A stretch of DNA of 64,000 bases from NCBI GenBank assembly GCA_030040315.1, contig JASHTY010000350.1:2781-66780 (forward strand), given 5' to 3'. Position numbers and translations under genes: made by a program. This DNA is from Terriglobia bacterium. GTDB lineage: Bacteria; Acidobacteriota; Terriglobia; UBA7540. This document shows positions 45,176 through 55,282 of the stretch, piece by piece (within the stretch, counting starts at the first letter, position 1; each line of letters starts with the position of its first letter). The notes beneath the pieces are model-generated. The model saw only the letters and a program-made list of their open reading frames with translations. It was not told the DNA's origin and did no database searches.

Positions 45176-46105
45176 TCACCGCCCCGCCTGCAGACTTGGC
45201 GCCGCGGCAGTCTTTGCGTATTGCAGCTCCGTGCCATCCTGATAAAGCGCAATCGCCTCCGCGGGCAGGTGGGACAGATCGGTCCCACGGAGGTAATCGC
45301 CCATGGTCGTGCCTGTACAAGCCGAATCAATGTTGGCAGCACCCTTTTGCCCCACGACGTCGTCCAGGTGAACGGTCCGAAAATCGATGCTGTAGCGAAT
45401 CAGATTCGTGGTGTTGGGGACGGTGGAATGCAGATGCGCGGCCGAGAACAAGTATGCACCGCCAACTTTACAGACCAGCCGGATCTGCGGGTCAAGCTCC
45501 ACCGGCTCCTCGGGGCGCGGCTGAACGCGCGTGTCGGTCTTGACGTGCTGGGCGGCGGAACTGCGGCTTTCCAGATTCCACTTGTGATAGTTGTACCCGC
45601 TTGAGCCGTTTTTCAAGGGTGTATAAAAGTACCGGGGATGAATCGCCATGCTGTTGTCCGGGGAAATGTCAAAAATGGGCATCCACCAGTTGATTTGACA
45701 GTAGGGCGCCGAATACCAAGTGTCACGATGGGGATGAAAGGCATAGGCAATCCCCGATTTCAGGTAATCGCCAGGAAATGCCGTGCGCATGCGCGGAACA
45801 TCAAAATAGGTCTTTTCAAGGTCGCACCCCACTTCCTTCAGCATTCCCCGGATCAGCTCTTTGGATTTCGGGTGGTGGATGAACTTGGGCTTCAGGGCGG
45901 AAAGGATCCGGGCGCTTTCTTCCGCGGGCAACTTCTCATGGACGCTTTGCGGATCGAGCGAGCCAAACGCCTCAGCAATCAGCTCCTTTGCCAGATCGCA
46001 GAGTTGCAAGGCGCTGGGGGAGGGAGAGAACGTAAAAATCGATCCCGCGTAAATCTCCGTTCGCCTTTCGCCGTCGGTCTTCATGGAGTCGACAAAAACA
46101 TTCAT
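45176..46105 (-). CDS. hypothetical protein; possible non-haem Fe(II) oxygenase-like (function uncertain)
   Basis: A 309-aa ORF tightly packed in the operon. HPHRD (HxD) and a later HLHS could form a 2-His-1-carboxylate triad. No other motif was recognised. Confidence 0.35.
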   Translation of the reverse strand: MNVFVDSMKTDGERRTEIYAGSIFTFSPSPSALQLCDLAKELIAEAFGSLDPQSVHEKLPAEESARILSALKPKFIHHPKSKELIRGMLKEVGCDLEKTYFDVPRMRTAFPGDYLKSGIAYAFHPHRDTWYSAPYCQINWWMPIFDISPDNSMAIHPRYFYTPLKNGSSGYNYHKWNLESRSSAAQHVKTDTRVQPRPEEPVELDPQIRLVCKVGGAYLFSAAHLHSTVPNTTNLIRYSIDFRTVHLDDVVGQKGAANIDSACTGTTMGDYLRGTDLSHLPAEAIALYQDGTELQYAKTAAAPSLQAGR

Positions 46106-46180
46106 CAGTTACCTCCCCATCACGCGATTTCAATGGTGGGCACGAAGAAAATCAATATGCACGCCCGAACGCCGGCACTT

Positions 46181-47488
46181 CTATATGACGGTTGCCCTGG
46201 GGATGGGCACGACCAATTTACCGCCCCACTCCCGCACGTATTGTAACTGCTTCGAAATCTCGTCTTTCAGGTTCCAGGGCAGAATGACCACGTAATCCGG
46301 TTTAGTCTCGCTGATCCGGTCGGGATGATAGATCGGGATACGAGTGCCGGGCAAAAATCGGCCTTGCTTGTAGGGGCTGCGGTCCACCGTATAGGAGATC
46401 AAATCCTTGCCAATCCCGCAGTAATGAAGCAGCGTGGCGCTCTTCCCCGGAGCGCCGTATCCCGCAACCGACTTCCCCTGCCGGGCAGCAGAAATCAGGA
46501 ATTCCACCAGGGCAAACTTTGTCTCCATCACCTGGCGCGCGAAGCTCTCGTAACCCTGCGCCGAGCCCAGGCCCGCTTTCCGCTCTTCGGCTACGACGGC
46601 CTCCACGCGGCCGGTTGTCTTGTGTGTCCCATCCTCGGCGCGGCAGGCAAAAACCCGCAGCGAACCCCCGTGCGTCGTCAACTCTTCCACGTCGAACGCC
46701 CTTAGCCCATGGGCCTGAAGGATCATCACCGTGGTCAGCATTGAAAAGTATGAAAAATGCTCGTGGTAGATTGTGTCAAATTCGTTGTGTTCAATCAGGC
46801 GCAGCAGGTGCGGGAATTCCAGCGTCAGGACGCCGTGGGGCTTCAGCAGAATCCTGAGCCCTTCAACAAAATCGTTCAGATCCGGCACTTGCGCCAGGAC
46901 GTTGTTTCCCAAGACCACGTCGGCGTTGCGGCCCTCGGCGGCAAGAGTGTTCGCCAAATCTGTCCCGAAAAAACGGACCACGGTCGGGACGCCCTTTTCT
47001 ACCGCCACCTTGGCCACGTTTGCCGCAGGTTCGATGCCCAGAACCGGAACTCCCCGCCGGACGAAGTACTGAAGCAGATACCCGTCATTGCTGGCCACTT
47101 CCACCACCAGGCTCTGCGCGTTCAGGCCAAACCGCGTGGCCATCATCTGGCAATAATTCTCAGAATGCTTCAGCCAGGAATCGGAGAAGGAGGAAAAATA
47201 TGCGTAGTCGCTGAAAATGTTTTCAGGCGTCTCATATTCTTCCAATTGGACCAGAAAGCACTTCTCGCAAACATAAACGTGCAGCGGATAATAGGTCTCA
47301 CCGTGGTTCAAATCGGCGGCTGAGGGATACGTTTCGCACAACGGCGACATTCCCAAATCTACAAAGGTCCGGGTGAGCGGAGCATAACAGAACCGGCAGG
47401 ACTTGGTTGCAGCCTGCTGTTGAATTTCGGCTGTGTAAGTCGATGTCACTTGGGGTTTACCTGTTCGAATCGCTGAGAAATCAGACAT
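46181..47488 (-). CDS. NDP-hexose C-methyltransferase-type SAM methyltransferase (N-terminal Zn-ribbon + class I MT + C-terminal domain)
   Basis: Cys pairs CRFCYAPL ... CEKCFLVQL, a SAM loop [10 protein letters not shown], and a C-terminal domain typical of TylC3-like C-methyltransferases. Confidence 0.8.
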   Translation of the reverse strand: MSDFSAIRTGKPQVTSTYTAEIQQQAATKSCRFCYAPLTRTFVDLGMSPLCETYPSAADLNHGETYYPLHVYVCEKCFLVQLEEYETPENIFSDYAYFSSFSDSWLKHSENYCQMMATRFGLNAQSLVVEVASNDGYLLQYFVRRGVPVLGIEPAANVAKVAVEKGVPTVVRFFGTDLANTLAAEGRNADVVLGNNVLAQVPDLNDFVEGLRILLKPHGVLTLEFPHLLRLIEHNEFDTIYHEHFSYFSMLTTVMILQAHGLRAFDVEELTTHGGSLRVFACRAEDGTHKTTGRVEAVVAEERKAGLGSAQGYESFARQVMETKFALVEFLISAARQGKSVAGYGAPGKSATLLHYCGIGKDLISYTVDRSPYKQGRFLPGTRIPIYHPDRISETKPDYVVILPWNLKDEISKQLQYVREWGGKLVVPIPRATVI

Positions 47489-48533
47489 TAACCGTCGAAC
47501 CGGCAGGTTGCGCGCTCCAGTGCAGGGACGGATCCAATTTTCCCGCCTTCGTAAGGCGCTGAATGTGTTTCAGTCGAACGTAGCGGCCGGATTCCATGTC
47601 CTGGCGCGTAAGCCCGGCATTGCGATAGGCATCGTAGAGCTCCTGCGCGCCTTGGCGGGCCGTCCATTGGGGACGGAAGCCCGGCAACATGCGTAGGATT
47701 TTCTCGCAGGAGACGCGATAGCACCGCAAGTCAGGACCACCGCCCGGGGCATACTCCACGCGCGACCCGGGAACGACCTCCGCCACAAAGTTCGCCAGTT
47801 CGCGGATGCGATAATTCTCCGCGGTCATTCCCACGTTGAAAACCTGGTTGTGAACAACTTCGCGCGGCGCTTCAAGCGCCGCCAGGGCCGCCCCCACAAT
47901 GTCGCGAATGTGTATGATGGGACGCCAGGGCGTACCGTCACTCTTGATATAAACCCTCCCCTGGGTGTACGCGGCCGCCACCAGGTCGTTCAAAACGATG
48001 TCCAGACGGAGGCGCGGAGAAACACCGTAGGCGGTAGCATTGCGCATGTAGGTGGGGCTGAACCGCTCGTCAGCCAGGGGCAGGATATCCCGTTCCGCCA
48101 TGACCTTGGATTCGCCGTAGGGCGTTACGGGCTTCAGTGAAGCGCTCTCATCCAGAAAACCGTCTCCCGCCGCTCCGTAGGTGCTGCATGAGGACGAAAA
48201 CACAAATCGGCGAACGCCGGCCTCCTTGGCGAGTACCGCCAGCCGCACCGAAGCATAATAATTGATGTCATAGGTCAGGTTCGGATCGATGTCACCCAGG
48301 GGATCGTTGGAAAGCGCGGCGAAATGCAGGACTGCGTCGAAACCTTCCAGATCCTGCGTTGTAACGTCGCGCAGGTCTTTGAAAATCTCGGGAATATTGG
48401 GAACGGGCCCCCCGAAATCGCAGCCCGCAAACAGATCCGAGTCCAGGCCCACAACCTGGTGGCCGGCGGCCATCAAGATCGGCCCGGCGATGCTGCCAAT
48501 GTAACCTTTATGCCCGGTCAGCAATATTTTCAT
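47481..48533 (-). CDS. NAD-dependent epimerase/dehydratase (SDR)
   Basis: [14 protein letters not shown] and [10 protein letters not shown] (YxxxK). It overlaps the downstream methyltransferase start by 8 nt. Confidence 0.88.
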   Translation of the reverse strand: MKILLTGHKGYIGSIAGPILMAAGHQVVGLDSDLFAGCDFGGPVPNIPEIFKDLRDVTTQDLEGFDAVLHFAALSNDPLGDIDPNLTYDINYYASVRLAVLAKEAGVRRFVFSSSCSTYGAAGDGFLDESASLKPVTPYGESKVMAERDILPLADERFSPTYMRNATAYGVSPRLRLDIVLNDLVAAAYTQGRVYIKSDGTPWRPIIHIRDIVGAALAALEAPREVVHNQVFNVGMTAENYRIRELANFVAEVVPGSRVEYAPGGGPDLRCYRVSCEKILRMLPGFRPQWTARQGAQELYDAYRNAGLTRQDMESGRYVRLKHIQRLTKAGKLDPSLHWSAQPAGSTVNV

Positions 48534-48593
48534 CAGCGTTCACCCTTTTTTGTTGGAGAGGTCCCAACCTGAAAACCCACGTCGATGGGACCC

Positions 48594-49958
48594 TCATTGG
48601 TTTTGGGAATTGGTCTTGTGCCGCGCTGCATCCTGCATTTTGGTTTTCACCCGATCTTCACCGGCAACGGAAAGCAAGCCCTTTTGGCAAAGCAGCTCGG
48701 CGGCCGCATGAATCCTGGAGAATACGATACCAGACTGGTCCGCGATGTCCAATAGCGAGTGCTGGCCGTCCGAGAGGTTCAGAACCCAAAGCCGGGCCAT
48801 GATCTCTTCCCCGCCCGCCTCTGAGCCGTAAAGACCCCTTCGCCCCAACTGCGGCTCGCCATACGGAAGCGTGTTCTGGTAAGACTGATTGTTCTCAAGC
48901 ACATCTAGAATGGTTGCGCAAACACGCAGAGAATTGGCAAGACTCGACGGCTTGATGAAGTCGAGATTATCGGCCGAGGTGTGATACTCCGGAAACGATC
49001 CCCAGACGCTGCGCATCAGGCAGCCAACCGGAAGGTTGAATCCCGGCGAGCAGTACTGCCGCTCATCGTAGCCATAGGGAGAGAACTCAAGAACCTTCGC
49101 GGGCTCCCCGCAATGGCGCAGGACGTGAGCGGCTGCGCGGTCAATTTCCGCGTTCCCCCGCCGGCTCTTCTTGTAGTGGAACCCGCCCGCATCGCCGATG
49201 CACGTGAGCACCAGGCCATGGCGAATCCGTCCCGCCGTTTCGCGATTCCGGGCCAGCCAGGTAATGGCGCCGATCGTTCCGGGGATGAACAGGAAGCGGT
49301 ACGAATACCGAAGATCATGGCCCGCCAGATGTTTGGCCAGAAAAGTCGCCACCGTTACGCCCGACAGGTTGTCGTTCGCGAGTGAGGGATGGCAGGCGTG
49401 ACAGGAAATGAGAATCTCGTCGCCAGAGCGCCCCGGCAAAAAGCATTCACCGTAAGTCAGGCAACCATCCTCAAGCGTCGAGTCAATGCGCACCTGGTAT
49501 TCCCCGTCCTTCAATTGGGTCATCTGGCGGTGCGCCAGGCAAAAACCCCAATCCTCCTTGTAATATGAAGTACGATAAGGTATCCAATCGGGATATTCTG
49601 GTAGTGTAAACAGATGGGCTTTCAGCCTGTCGAGCGGCATCCTTTCGTCTATGGGAACGCTGTAATTCAGGACGTGCAGGTTGCATTTCTGGAAATCCAC
49701 CACCCGTCTGCCGCCCACGTCCGCGATGTAAGCGTCGCGAATATTCCATTCTTTGGGCACAGTCCAATCGAAAACCTTTGTCCCGCTGGGGACATCATAG
49801 GCGTCAAGGGGAATGCGGGTTTCGATGCGCGCCAAGGTTTCTCGAATCCCCTTTCCGGTGATGCTTCGGCAAATCGGGAACAGGCTGGCAGCGAAATCGT
49901 GCATCTCCTGCCCGAGGTTTGGCCGCGCGGCCTCCTCCAGACCGTTGAACAGGCTCAT
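48594..49958 (-). CDS. DUF4910 / aminopeptidase-like (M28-fold) domain protein
   Basis: LFPICRSITGKGIRETL, DWTVPKEWNI and ISCHACHPSLANDNLSG resemble the DUF2172/DUF4910 proteins found in sugar-modification loci. Confidence 0.7.
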   Translation of the reverse strand: MSLFNGLEEAARPNLGQEMHDFAASLFPICRSITGKGIRETLARIETRIPLDAYDVPSGTKVFDWTVPKEWNIRDAYIADVGGRRVVDFQKCNLHVLNYSVPIDERMPLDRLKAHLFTLPEYPDWIPYRTSYYKEDWGFCLAHRQMTQLKDGEYQVRIDSTLEDGCLTYGECFLPGRSGDEILISCHACHPSLANDNLSGVTVATFLAKHLAGHDLRYSYRFLFIPGTIGAITWLARNRETAGRIRHGLVLTCIGDAGGFHYKKSRRGNAEIDRAAAHVLRHCGEPAKVLEFSPYGYDERQYCSPGFNLPVGCLMRSVWGSFPEYHTSADNLDFIKPSSLANSLRVCATILDVLENNQSYQNTLPYGEPQLGRRGLYGSEAGGEEIMARLWVLNLSDGQHSLLDIADQSGIVFSRIHAAAELLCQKGLLSVAGEDRVKTKMQDAARHKTNSQNQ

Positions 49959-50491
49959 CAGGCTACCTGAAAATCGGGATACGTGCCGTCCCGTTCAGAA
50001 ATGACTTCCACTTTCGCCGGCCAGGCGATTCGGAACGCCGGATCGTCCCAGCGCACGCCGCGGGCCGATTCCGGGTGATACGACTCCGACATTTGATAGA
50101 AGACTTCAACGTCATCTTCCAGGGTTTGGAACCCGTGCGCGCAGCCCTCCGGCACGTAGAGCATATTGTGATTGCCGGCGGCCAGGCGCAGGGCGATCCA
50201 TTCCTTGTATTTTGGCGATTGGGGGCGCAGATCAAGCACCACGTCGTAGATGGCTCCTCGGGTGCAGCGTACCAGTTTTGCCTCCGCATGCGGCGCCACC
50301 TGGTAGTGCATGCCCCGCAGAGTGCCCTTTCGCGACGTGACTGAGATGTTGCATTGCACCAATTTCGAGTTCAGACCATGCGAAGCAAATTCGCTCTGGC
50401 ACCAGGCACGGGCAAAGAATCCGCGCTCATCCGCATGCGGTTCCAGCAGGATCTCGTACACTCCGGGAAGCTTCACCTCTTGAAATAGCAT
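49958..50491 (-). CDS. rfbC: dTDP-4-dehydrorhamnose 3,5-epimerase family (RmlC-like cupin)
   Basis: From the internal ATG: MLFQEVKLPGVYEILLEPHADERGFFARAW...LRGMHYQ...KLVRCTRGAIYDVVLDLR. The stop overlaps the DUF4910 start by 1 nt. Confidence 0.88.
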   Translation of the reverse strand: MLFQEVKLPGVYEILLEPHADERGFFARAWCQSEFASHGLNSKLVQCNISVTSRKGTLRGMHYQVAPHAEAKLVRCTRGAIYDVVLDLRPQSPKYKEWIALRLAAGNHNMLYVPEGCAHGFQTLEDDVEVFYQMSESYHPESARGVRWDDPAFRIAWPAKVEVISERDGTYPDFQVA

Positions 50492-50516
50492 CGGGAAAAC
50501 CGCCGGGCCTGACGGA

Positions 50517-51086
50517 TCAGTGCAAAGGCGAAAAGAACCTGGACCGGATGTCATCAAGTGAGGCGGCGACGTAACCGTAGCCGTCCTCCACGACCGGCGG
50601 TGCGTCGTTCGGCCGGAGCAGGATGGCTGTGCCCACACCTGCCGCTTTGGCCGCCTGAATGTCGGAAGGGCTATCGCCGACCAGCATACTTGCGCCCAGG
50701 TCCAGATTAAAGTCCTCACGCCCGCGTAGAAGCATTCCGGGACTCGGCTTCCGGTCCGGTGAATCGCATTTATATTGGCCTATTCCGTGTTCGGGATGAT
50801 GGGGGCAGTAGTAAACGTGAGCGATGTGAATGTGTTGCTCGCGAAATTTCTCAACCATCCAATTGGTCAGCTCCAGGAACTGGGCCTCCGTGAAGTAGCC
50901 CCTTCCGATACCCGTTTGATTGGTCACGACCAGCAAAAGGTAACCGCGATCCTGCGCCGCGCGGCACAAATCGAAAATCCCATTTTGAAAGTGAAAATCT
51001 TCCCGGCGATGGATGTATTCGTCGTAGAGATTGATCACTCCATCGCGGTCGAGAAAAAGCGCCTTTCTGCTCTGTTCATTCCGCAA
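50517..51086 (-). CDS. gmhB: HAD-IIIA phosphatase, D,D-heptose 1,7-bisphosphate phosphatase-like
   Basis: LFLDRDGVIN, VVTNQTGIGRGY and YYCPHHPEHGIGQYKCDSPDRKPSPGML closely parallel GmhB. The usual CxC is altered to CDSPD. Confidence 0.8.
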   Translation of the reverse strand: MRNEQSRKALFLDRDGVINLYDEYIHRREDFHFQNGIFDLCRAAQDRGYLLLVVTNQTGIGRGYFTEAQFLELTNWMVEKFREQHIHIAHVYYCPHHPEHGIGQYKCDSPDRKPSPGMLLRGREDFNLDLGASMLVGDSPSDIQAAKAAGVGTAILLRPNDAPPVVEDGYGYVAASLDDIRSRFFSPLH

Positions 51087-51148
51087 AGGATCAATGCCCT
51101 CTCACTCCGGGATCCGCCCTGGCCGTGGATACAGAATTCCACATCCCT

Positions 51149-52654
51149 CTAGCTTCCGCTCGATTGTCTCATCTCGGTGAACAACTTGCGAAGAGACAGA
51201 ACTTCTTCCCTGATGGTTGGGACAAGGAGAGAGAGCCCATAGGCGACTGCAAAGCCAGAAGCTGCCGCCAGGAGCTGGGGAATCGTGTCCTTCCGGGCGA
51301 ATAAGTGCAGGGTAAATTCCCCAAAAACTATCCCCGCAAGGCTCAATGAAATCGGGCACAGCAAGGCTCCCCCCAGACGTCGCAAGGTCAACTGCGTGCC
51401 GCGGAAGGTATACCTGAGAATCCACGGAAGCATGGCGATCAAAACCAACGAACCCGAAAGTGCCACTCCCTTTATTCCGAAGGGCAAACCCACCGCAAAG
51501 CTGAGAATCACAATGGGTGAGATCACAATCATCATTTTCAGGAATTGCGCGGACTTACCCATGCTTACAAACAACCAGACCGTAGTATCCAGTAACACCT
51601 GCCCAATTGCCGATACGACAAGAATCTGAAAGACCGGGGCGGCGGCGACCCATTTCCTCCCCAGCAAGAGAACGATCACGGGGTCCGCGGTAACGAAAAG
51701 GTAGGCAAAGACGGGAGCACAAATCCACACCACCAGATTGACGGTTCGCAAATAGTATCGGGCAAGCCGCTCCGGCTCAGCCTGAATTCTGCTATAGGCG
51801 GGAATGGCCACGCTGCTTACAGGCGCATTGAGCTGGCGAACGGGCAGCATGAGGAGATTGAACGCCCTCGAGTAAAGTCCCAGGGGATTTGCCCCCCAAT
51901 ACCATCCAATCAGGACGCTGTCAGCGCTGCGATTCACGTTGTAGATCACGTATGAGGCGGCAACGTTCCCGCCGAATTTGACGAGTGAACCCACCTCGGA
52001 GGCACGGAAGTGCCTGCCCGGAATCCACCTGATCATCATCCAGGAGAAAGCCATCCGGCCAAACGGCCCAATCAGCGCGTGAGCGACCAAAGCCCAGTAA
52101 GCATAGCCTTTCAAGGCCAGAATGATTGCGACCGGTACGGCGAGTCCCACGGAAGCCACATCGCGAATCGCCAGCGCCACAAACCGCATCTGGCGCTTCA
52201 GAAGCGCGTCATGCTGCACGCGCAGGCCACCGAAAAGAAATATGAGTGACAGCGCTAAGGTAATGCCCTTCAGTCGAGGCTCACGATAAAACCAGGTCAG
52301 CACAGGAGCCAGAGACGCGGTGATGAGCATAAGCCCCACCCCGATCCCCACGTTGATCCAAAACAACGTGCTGACCTGCTCATGCCGGAGCTCGGGGTGC
52401 TGGATGGTTGCCTCGGAAAGGCCGAAATCGGCAAATGACTGGCCCAGCCACGTTATCGCCCACACCATCGCCACCAGCCCAAAGTCTGCGGGCGTCAGCA
52501 ATCGCGCCAAAACGATGGTGGCTACCGACTGGATGACGAACTGGGCTCCCTGCGAAACCAGGGTTACAACGCCGCCCCGAACGGAGCGCCCTTTCAGGTC
52601 CGCGTGGAGGTGATCGGTTGTCAGAACCTCTTGTTGTTGTGTTTGGGTCGGCAT
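51149..52654 (-). CDS. wzx: oligosaccharide/polysaccharide flippase (MOP superfamily)
   Basis: LKGRSVRGGVVTLVSQGAQFVIQSVATIVLARLLTPADFGLVAM and about 14 TM segments. Confidence 0.85.
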   Translation of the reverse strand: MPTQTQQQEVLTTDHLHADLKGRSVRGGVVTLVSQGAQFVIQSVATIVLARLLTPADFGLVAMVWAITWLGQSFADFGLSEATIQHPELRHEQVSTLFWINVGIGVGLMLITASLAPVLTWFYREPRLKGITLALSLIFLFGGLRVQHDALLKRQMRFVALAIRDVASVGLAVPVAIILALKGYAYWALVAHALIGPFGRMAFSWMMIRWIPGRHFRASEVGSLVKFGGNVAASYVIYNVNRSADSVLIGWYWGANPLGLYSRAFNLLMLPVRQLNAPVSSVAIPAYSRIQAEPERLARYYLRTVNLVVWICAPVFAYLFVTADPVIVLLLGRKWVAAAPVFQILVVSAIGQVLLDTTVWLFVSMGKSAQFLKMMIVISPIVILSFAVGLPFGIKGVALSGSLVLIAMLPWILRYTFRGTQLTLRRLGGALLCPISLSLAGIVFGEFTLHLFARKDTIPQLLAAASGFAVAYGLSLLVPTIREEVLSLRKLFTEMRQSSGS

Positions 52655-52700
52655 TCCGGATCAAACCAGGTTTCTCAGACTGGAATCGGCGTGCAGTGGG

Positions 52701-53918
52701 TCATTCCCCATTATTCGTTTTCGTATGCAATCCGAGCAAATTTGCATAGGTGCTGGCGGTCATATTCCCAACCACTTCCCAGGAATGCCTTTTGGCGACG
52801 TAATCCCGTATTTCCTGGCGTCTTCTGTCCAGCGTCCCGCAGAGTTCACTCCTCAGATATTTCTCGATGGTTCCCGCCAAGTCGTCAGAATCCCCAGGCC
52901 GAAAGACGTACCCCGTCTTGCCCTCCACAATCTCATCTTTCAGGCTGCCCACGTCGGCGACCAGGGCGGGCAATCCGAAGTTGTAGCCAACAAACAAGAC
53001 ACCGCTTTGGAAGATTTCCCGGTAGGGCAGAACGAATGCGTCCGCAGCTTTGAAATAAACCTCGGTCTCCTCATCCGGGATGAATTCCGCCCGCACCACC
53101 ACGCGCCCCTTCTGCACGTCCTCTCGAATCGATCTTTGAACTTCTTTCCAGTATTCGTCACACTTGTCCGGGGCCCCGGCAATAATCAACTGGCAATCTT
53201 CCCGCTGGGCGGCGACCTTGTGAAATGCCGCCACCAGGAATTCAAGCCCCTTGCGCGGAGCGATCTGGCCGTAAAAAAGAAGAGTTTTGCTCTCCTCGCG
53301 AAGACCCAACCGCTTCTTAGCCTGTGCGGATGTGAGGCCCGTGTTCGGGAGATAGTGATAGATCCCGAAGGGAATGACCGTAATCCGTGCCGCGGGCACG
53401 CCAAACGCCTGTATCAGCTCCATTTTCATTTTGTCGGTGTGTACGAAGATATGATCGGCAAGCCGGTATTGAATTCGAAGCGTCAGCCTGTTGATGAGCG
53501 TGTCTTTTGAATCCCTTCGAGCTTCATTTACATTATGGGCCGTATGCACAACCTTCTTCCCCATGAGCTTGTAATACAGCAACAGGAGGGTACGATCAAA
53601 AAACTCGAACTTATTATTCCATAGAACGTGAAAGATTCTGGGCTTGGCATTCGCCGCGTACCGAATCAACCTGACGTAGAACCTGAACAGCCGGCTCACC
53701 TTTTCTGTAAAGGCCACATCGAGCCGATTGCTGCCTCGAAGGTTAAGAAAGTTGACTTCGCGCTTGCTGCGGAACACCGGCAAGTCGAGGCTGTCGCTGC
53801 CAATCACGTCCAAAGCCACTCCTTTCGACAGGAGTGACGTCGCCAAGCCCTGAGTGTAGTGCGGGTCGCGGCCGCCGGTCAGCAAAGCGGCCATAATGCT
53901 GTTTTCCGGTTCTGCCAT
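52701..53918 (-). CDS. glycosyltransferase family 4 (GT-B)
   Basis: A 405-aa protein with a C-terminal GT-B nucleotide-sugar domain (ADAFVLPYREIFQSGVLFVGYNFGLPALVADVGSL). Confidence 0.85.
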   Translation of the reverse strand: MAEPENSIMAALLTGGRDPHYTQGLATSLLSKGVALDVIGSDSLDLPVFRSKREVNFLNLRGSNRLDVAFTEKVSRLFRFYVRLIRYAANAKPRIFHVLWNNKFEFFDRTLLLLYYKLMGKKVVHTAHNVNEARRDSKDTLINRLTLRIQYRLADHIFVHTDKMKMELIQAFGVPAARITVIPFGIYHYLPNTGLTSAQAKKRLGLREESKTLLFYGQIAPRKGLEFLVAAFHKVAAQREDCQLIIAGAPDKCDEYWKEVQRSIREDVQKGRVVVRAEFIPDEETEVYFKAADAFVLPYREIFQSGVLFVGYNFGLPALVADVGSLKDEIVEGKTGYVFRPGDSDDLAGTIEKYLRSELCGTLDRRRQEIRDYVAKRHSWEVVGNMTASTYANLLGLHTKTNNGE

Positions 53919-53951
53919 AAAAGGTGGAAATACCCCCGGGCTCTGAGAGTT

Positions 53952-54998
53952 CTAATTCATCTCCATCGAGGAGGTTGGAATCCCATTCTGGTCTTTGCGG
54001 GTTTCAAATTCAAAGAGGGCCTTGTCCCATCTTCTCATAATCGCCGCTTTGTACTGAGGAATGGTCATCTGCGCCCACTTCGCCGCTCTCCATCCCAGGA
54101 ACGGTCTGATCCAGGCAAATTTCCACCGGAGCGCAGGAACTGTCAGGTTCCCGCCAAGCTCCCTGGCCAGGATCTCCAGTTTGGAAAGCAGGTCCAGGCG
54201 CTCTGGATAGAAGAAGAAGCTCCATTTCTGAAGGTAAGTCAGGCAGGCCGCACGCACGCGTTCGCTCTCCTCAAGCGAGCGGAGGTACTGGACATGGAGG
54301 TTCATGGAAGCAAACAGGGAGTCTTTCTTCTTGTTGGAGTTGCCGATAAAGCTGACTCGATTCATCCCCGTCTGCCTGTAGTAAACGCCCGCGCCCGGCA
54401 CGAAGCGCGTGCCCTCGGAGGCAAGAAGCACCCGGCAGAAGTATTCTCCGTCCTGATCATGCCACAGGTCTTCCTTCCATGGACCGGCTGCCTCAACCAG
54501 TTCCCGGCTCGGCAGCCAGGTGGCGTTCTGCATGTGCAGATCTCCCCCCATCTTCCGCAGAAGCCACTCGACCGGGGTCAGGTCCTGGCACAGGGGAGTT
54601 TCGAAGTAGCGGGCGTTTCGAGTTCTGTAATAAAAGTACGCCATGGGTGAGGAGAGCAGAAGGCGCTTGCTGTCGCCTTCCCGCAATGACATCATTTGCC
54701 GCTCAATTTTTTCGGGCGCCAAAATGTCGTCCGCGTCCAGTTCCTGAATGTAATCACCCTCGCAGAATTTCAGTCCATAGTTGACCGCTGCGGAGAGGCC
54801 CCGGTTCTCCGTGGACAGAAGCCTGACCCCCTTCGAAACAAATCCCCGCACGATGTCGGGGGTGCGGTCTGTTGACCCGTCGTCCACCACAACGATTTCC
54901 TTGCGGGACCAGGTCTGGGCCACCGCGGATTGCAGTGTATACCCAACCCAATCTTCGGCATTGTAAGCAGGAATGATGATTGAGACCAAAGGCTTCAT
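53952..54998 (-). CDS. glycosyltransferase family 2
   Basis: MKPLVSIIIPAYNAEDWVGYTLQSAVAQTWSRKEIVVVDDGSTDRT and LDADD. The ATG at 54998 has AAGGA 7 nt upstream. Confidence 0.88.
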   Translation of the reverse strand: MKPLVSIIIPAYNAEDWVGYTLQSAVAQTWSRKEIVVVDDGSTDRTPDIVRGFVSKGVRLLSTENRGLSAAVNYGLKFCEGDYIQELDADDILAPEKIERQMMSLREGDSKRLLLSSPMAYFYYRTRNARYFETPLCQDLTPVEWLLRKMGGDLHMQNATWLPSRELVEAAGPWKEDLWHDQDGEYFCRVLLASEGTRFVPGAGVYYRQTGMNRVSFIGNSNKKKDSLFASMNLHVQYLRSLEESERVRAACLTYLQKWSFFFYPERLDLLSKLEILARELGGNLTVPALRWKFAWIRPFLGWRAAKWAQMTIPQYKAAIMRRWDKALFEFETRKDQNGIPTSSMEMN

Positions 54999-55095
54999 CG
55001 CTTGATCCTTTCCACAAAGCAATTCTTTTTCAGGTTAATCCATATTCCCTTTTGACCAAAATTCTATCGGGGTAGGCCAGAGCTTTTTCCAGAGC

Positions 55096-55139
55096 GTCAA
55101 GTGTTCACTTGACACTCGGTCCTTTTTGTTCGATAGTAT
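55096..55139 (+). promoter_or_regulatory. candidate promoter with an 18-nt perfect palindrome over the -35
   Basis: GTCAAGTG-TT-CACTTGAC spans 55096-55113. TTGACA is at 55109-55114. -10-like hexamers GATAGT (17-nt spacer) and TAGTAT (19-nt spacer) lie at 55132-55139. This is 144 nt upstream of the only plus-strand gene in the locus. Confidence 0.4.
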
Positions 55140-55282
55140 GGGGCCAAGGCGGGGTAGTTGCCTGGAAGCCCCTCACGAGCAAGCAAGCGGGAATTGCCCG
55201 CTTGAACTTTCGAAATTAACCCGGCGCTTGCTTCGGGATAGCTCATCGATTTTGAAATTCATTTTCGAACAGGGGGGTTGTT

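Noticed and set aside
50492-50719. 76-codon N-terminal extension of the RmlC-like ORF
   Set aside because: The extension overlaps the 3' end of the GmhB-like gene and is Arg/Trp/Thr-rich. The RmlC-type sequence begins at the internal ATG (MLFQEVKLPG...), 25 nt after the upstream stop.
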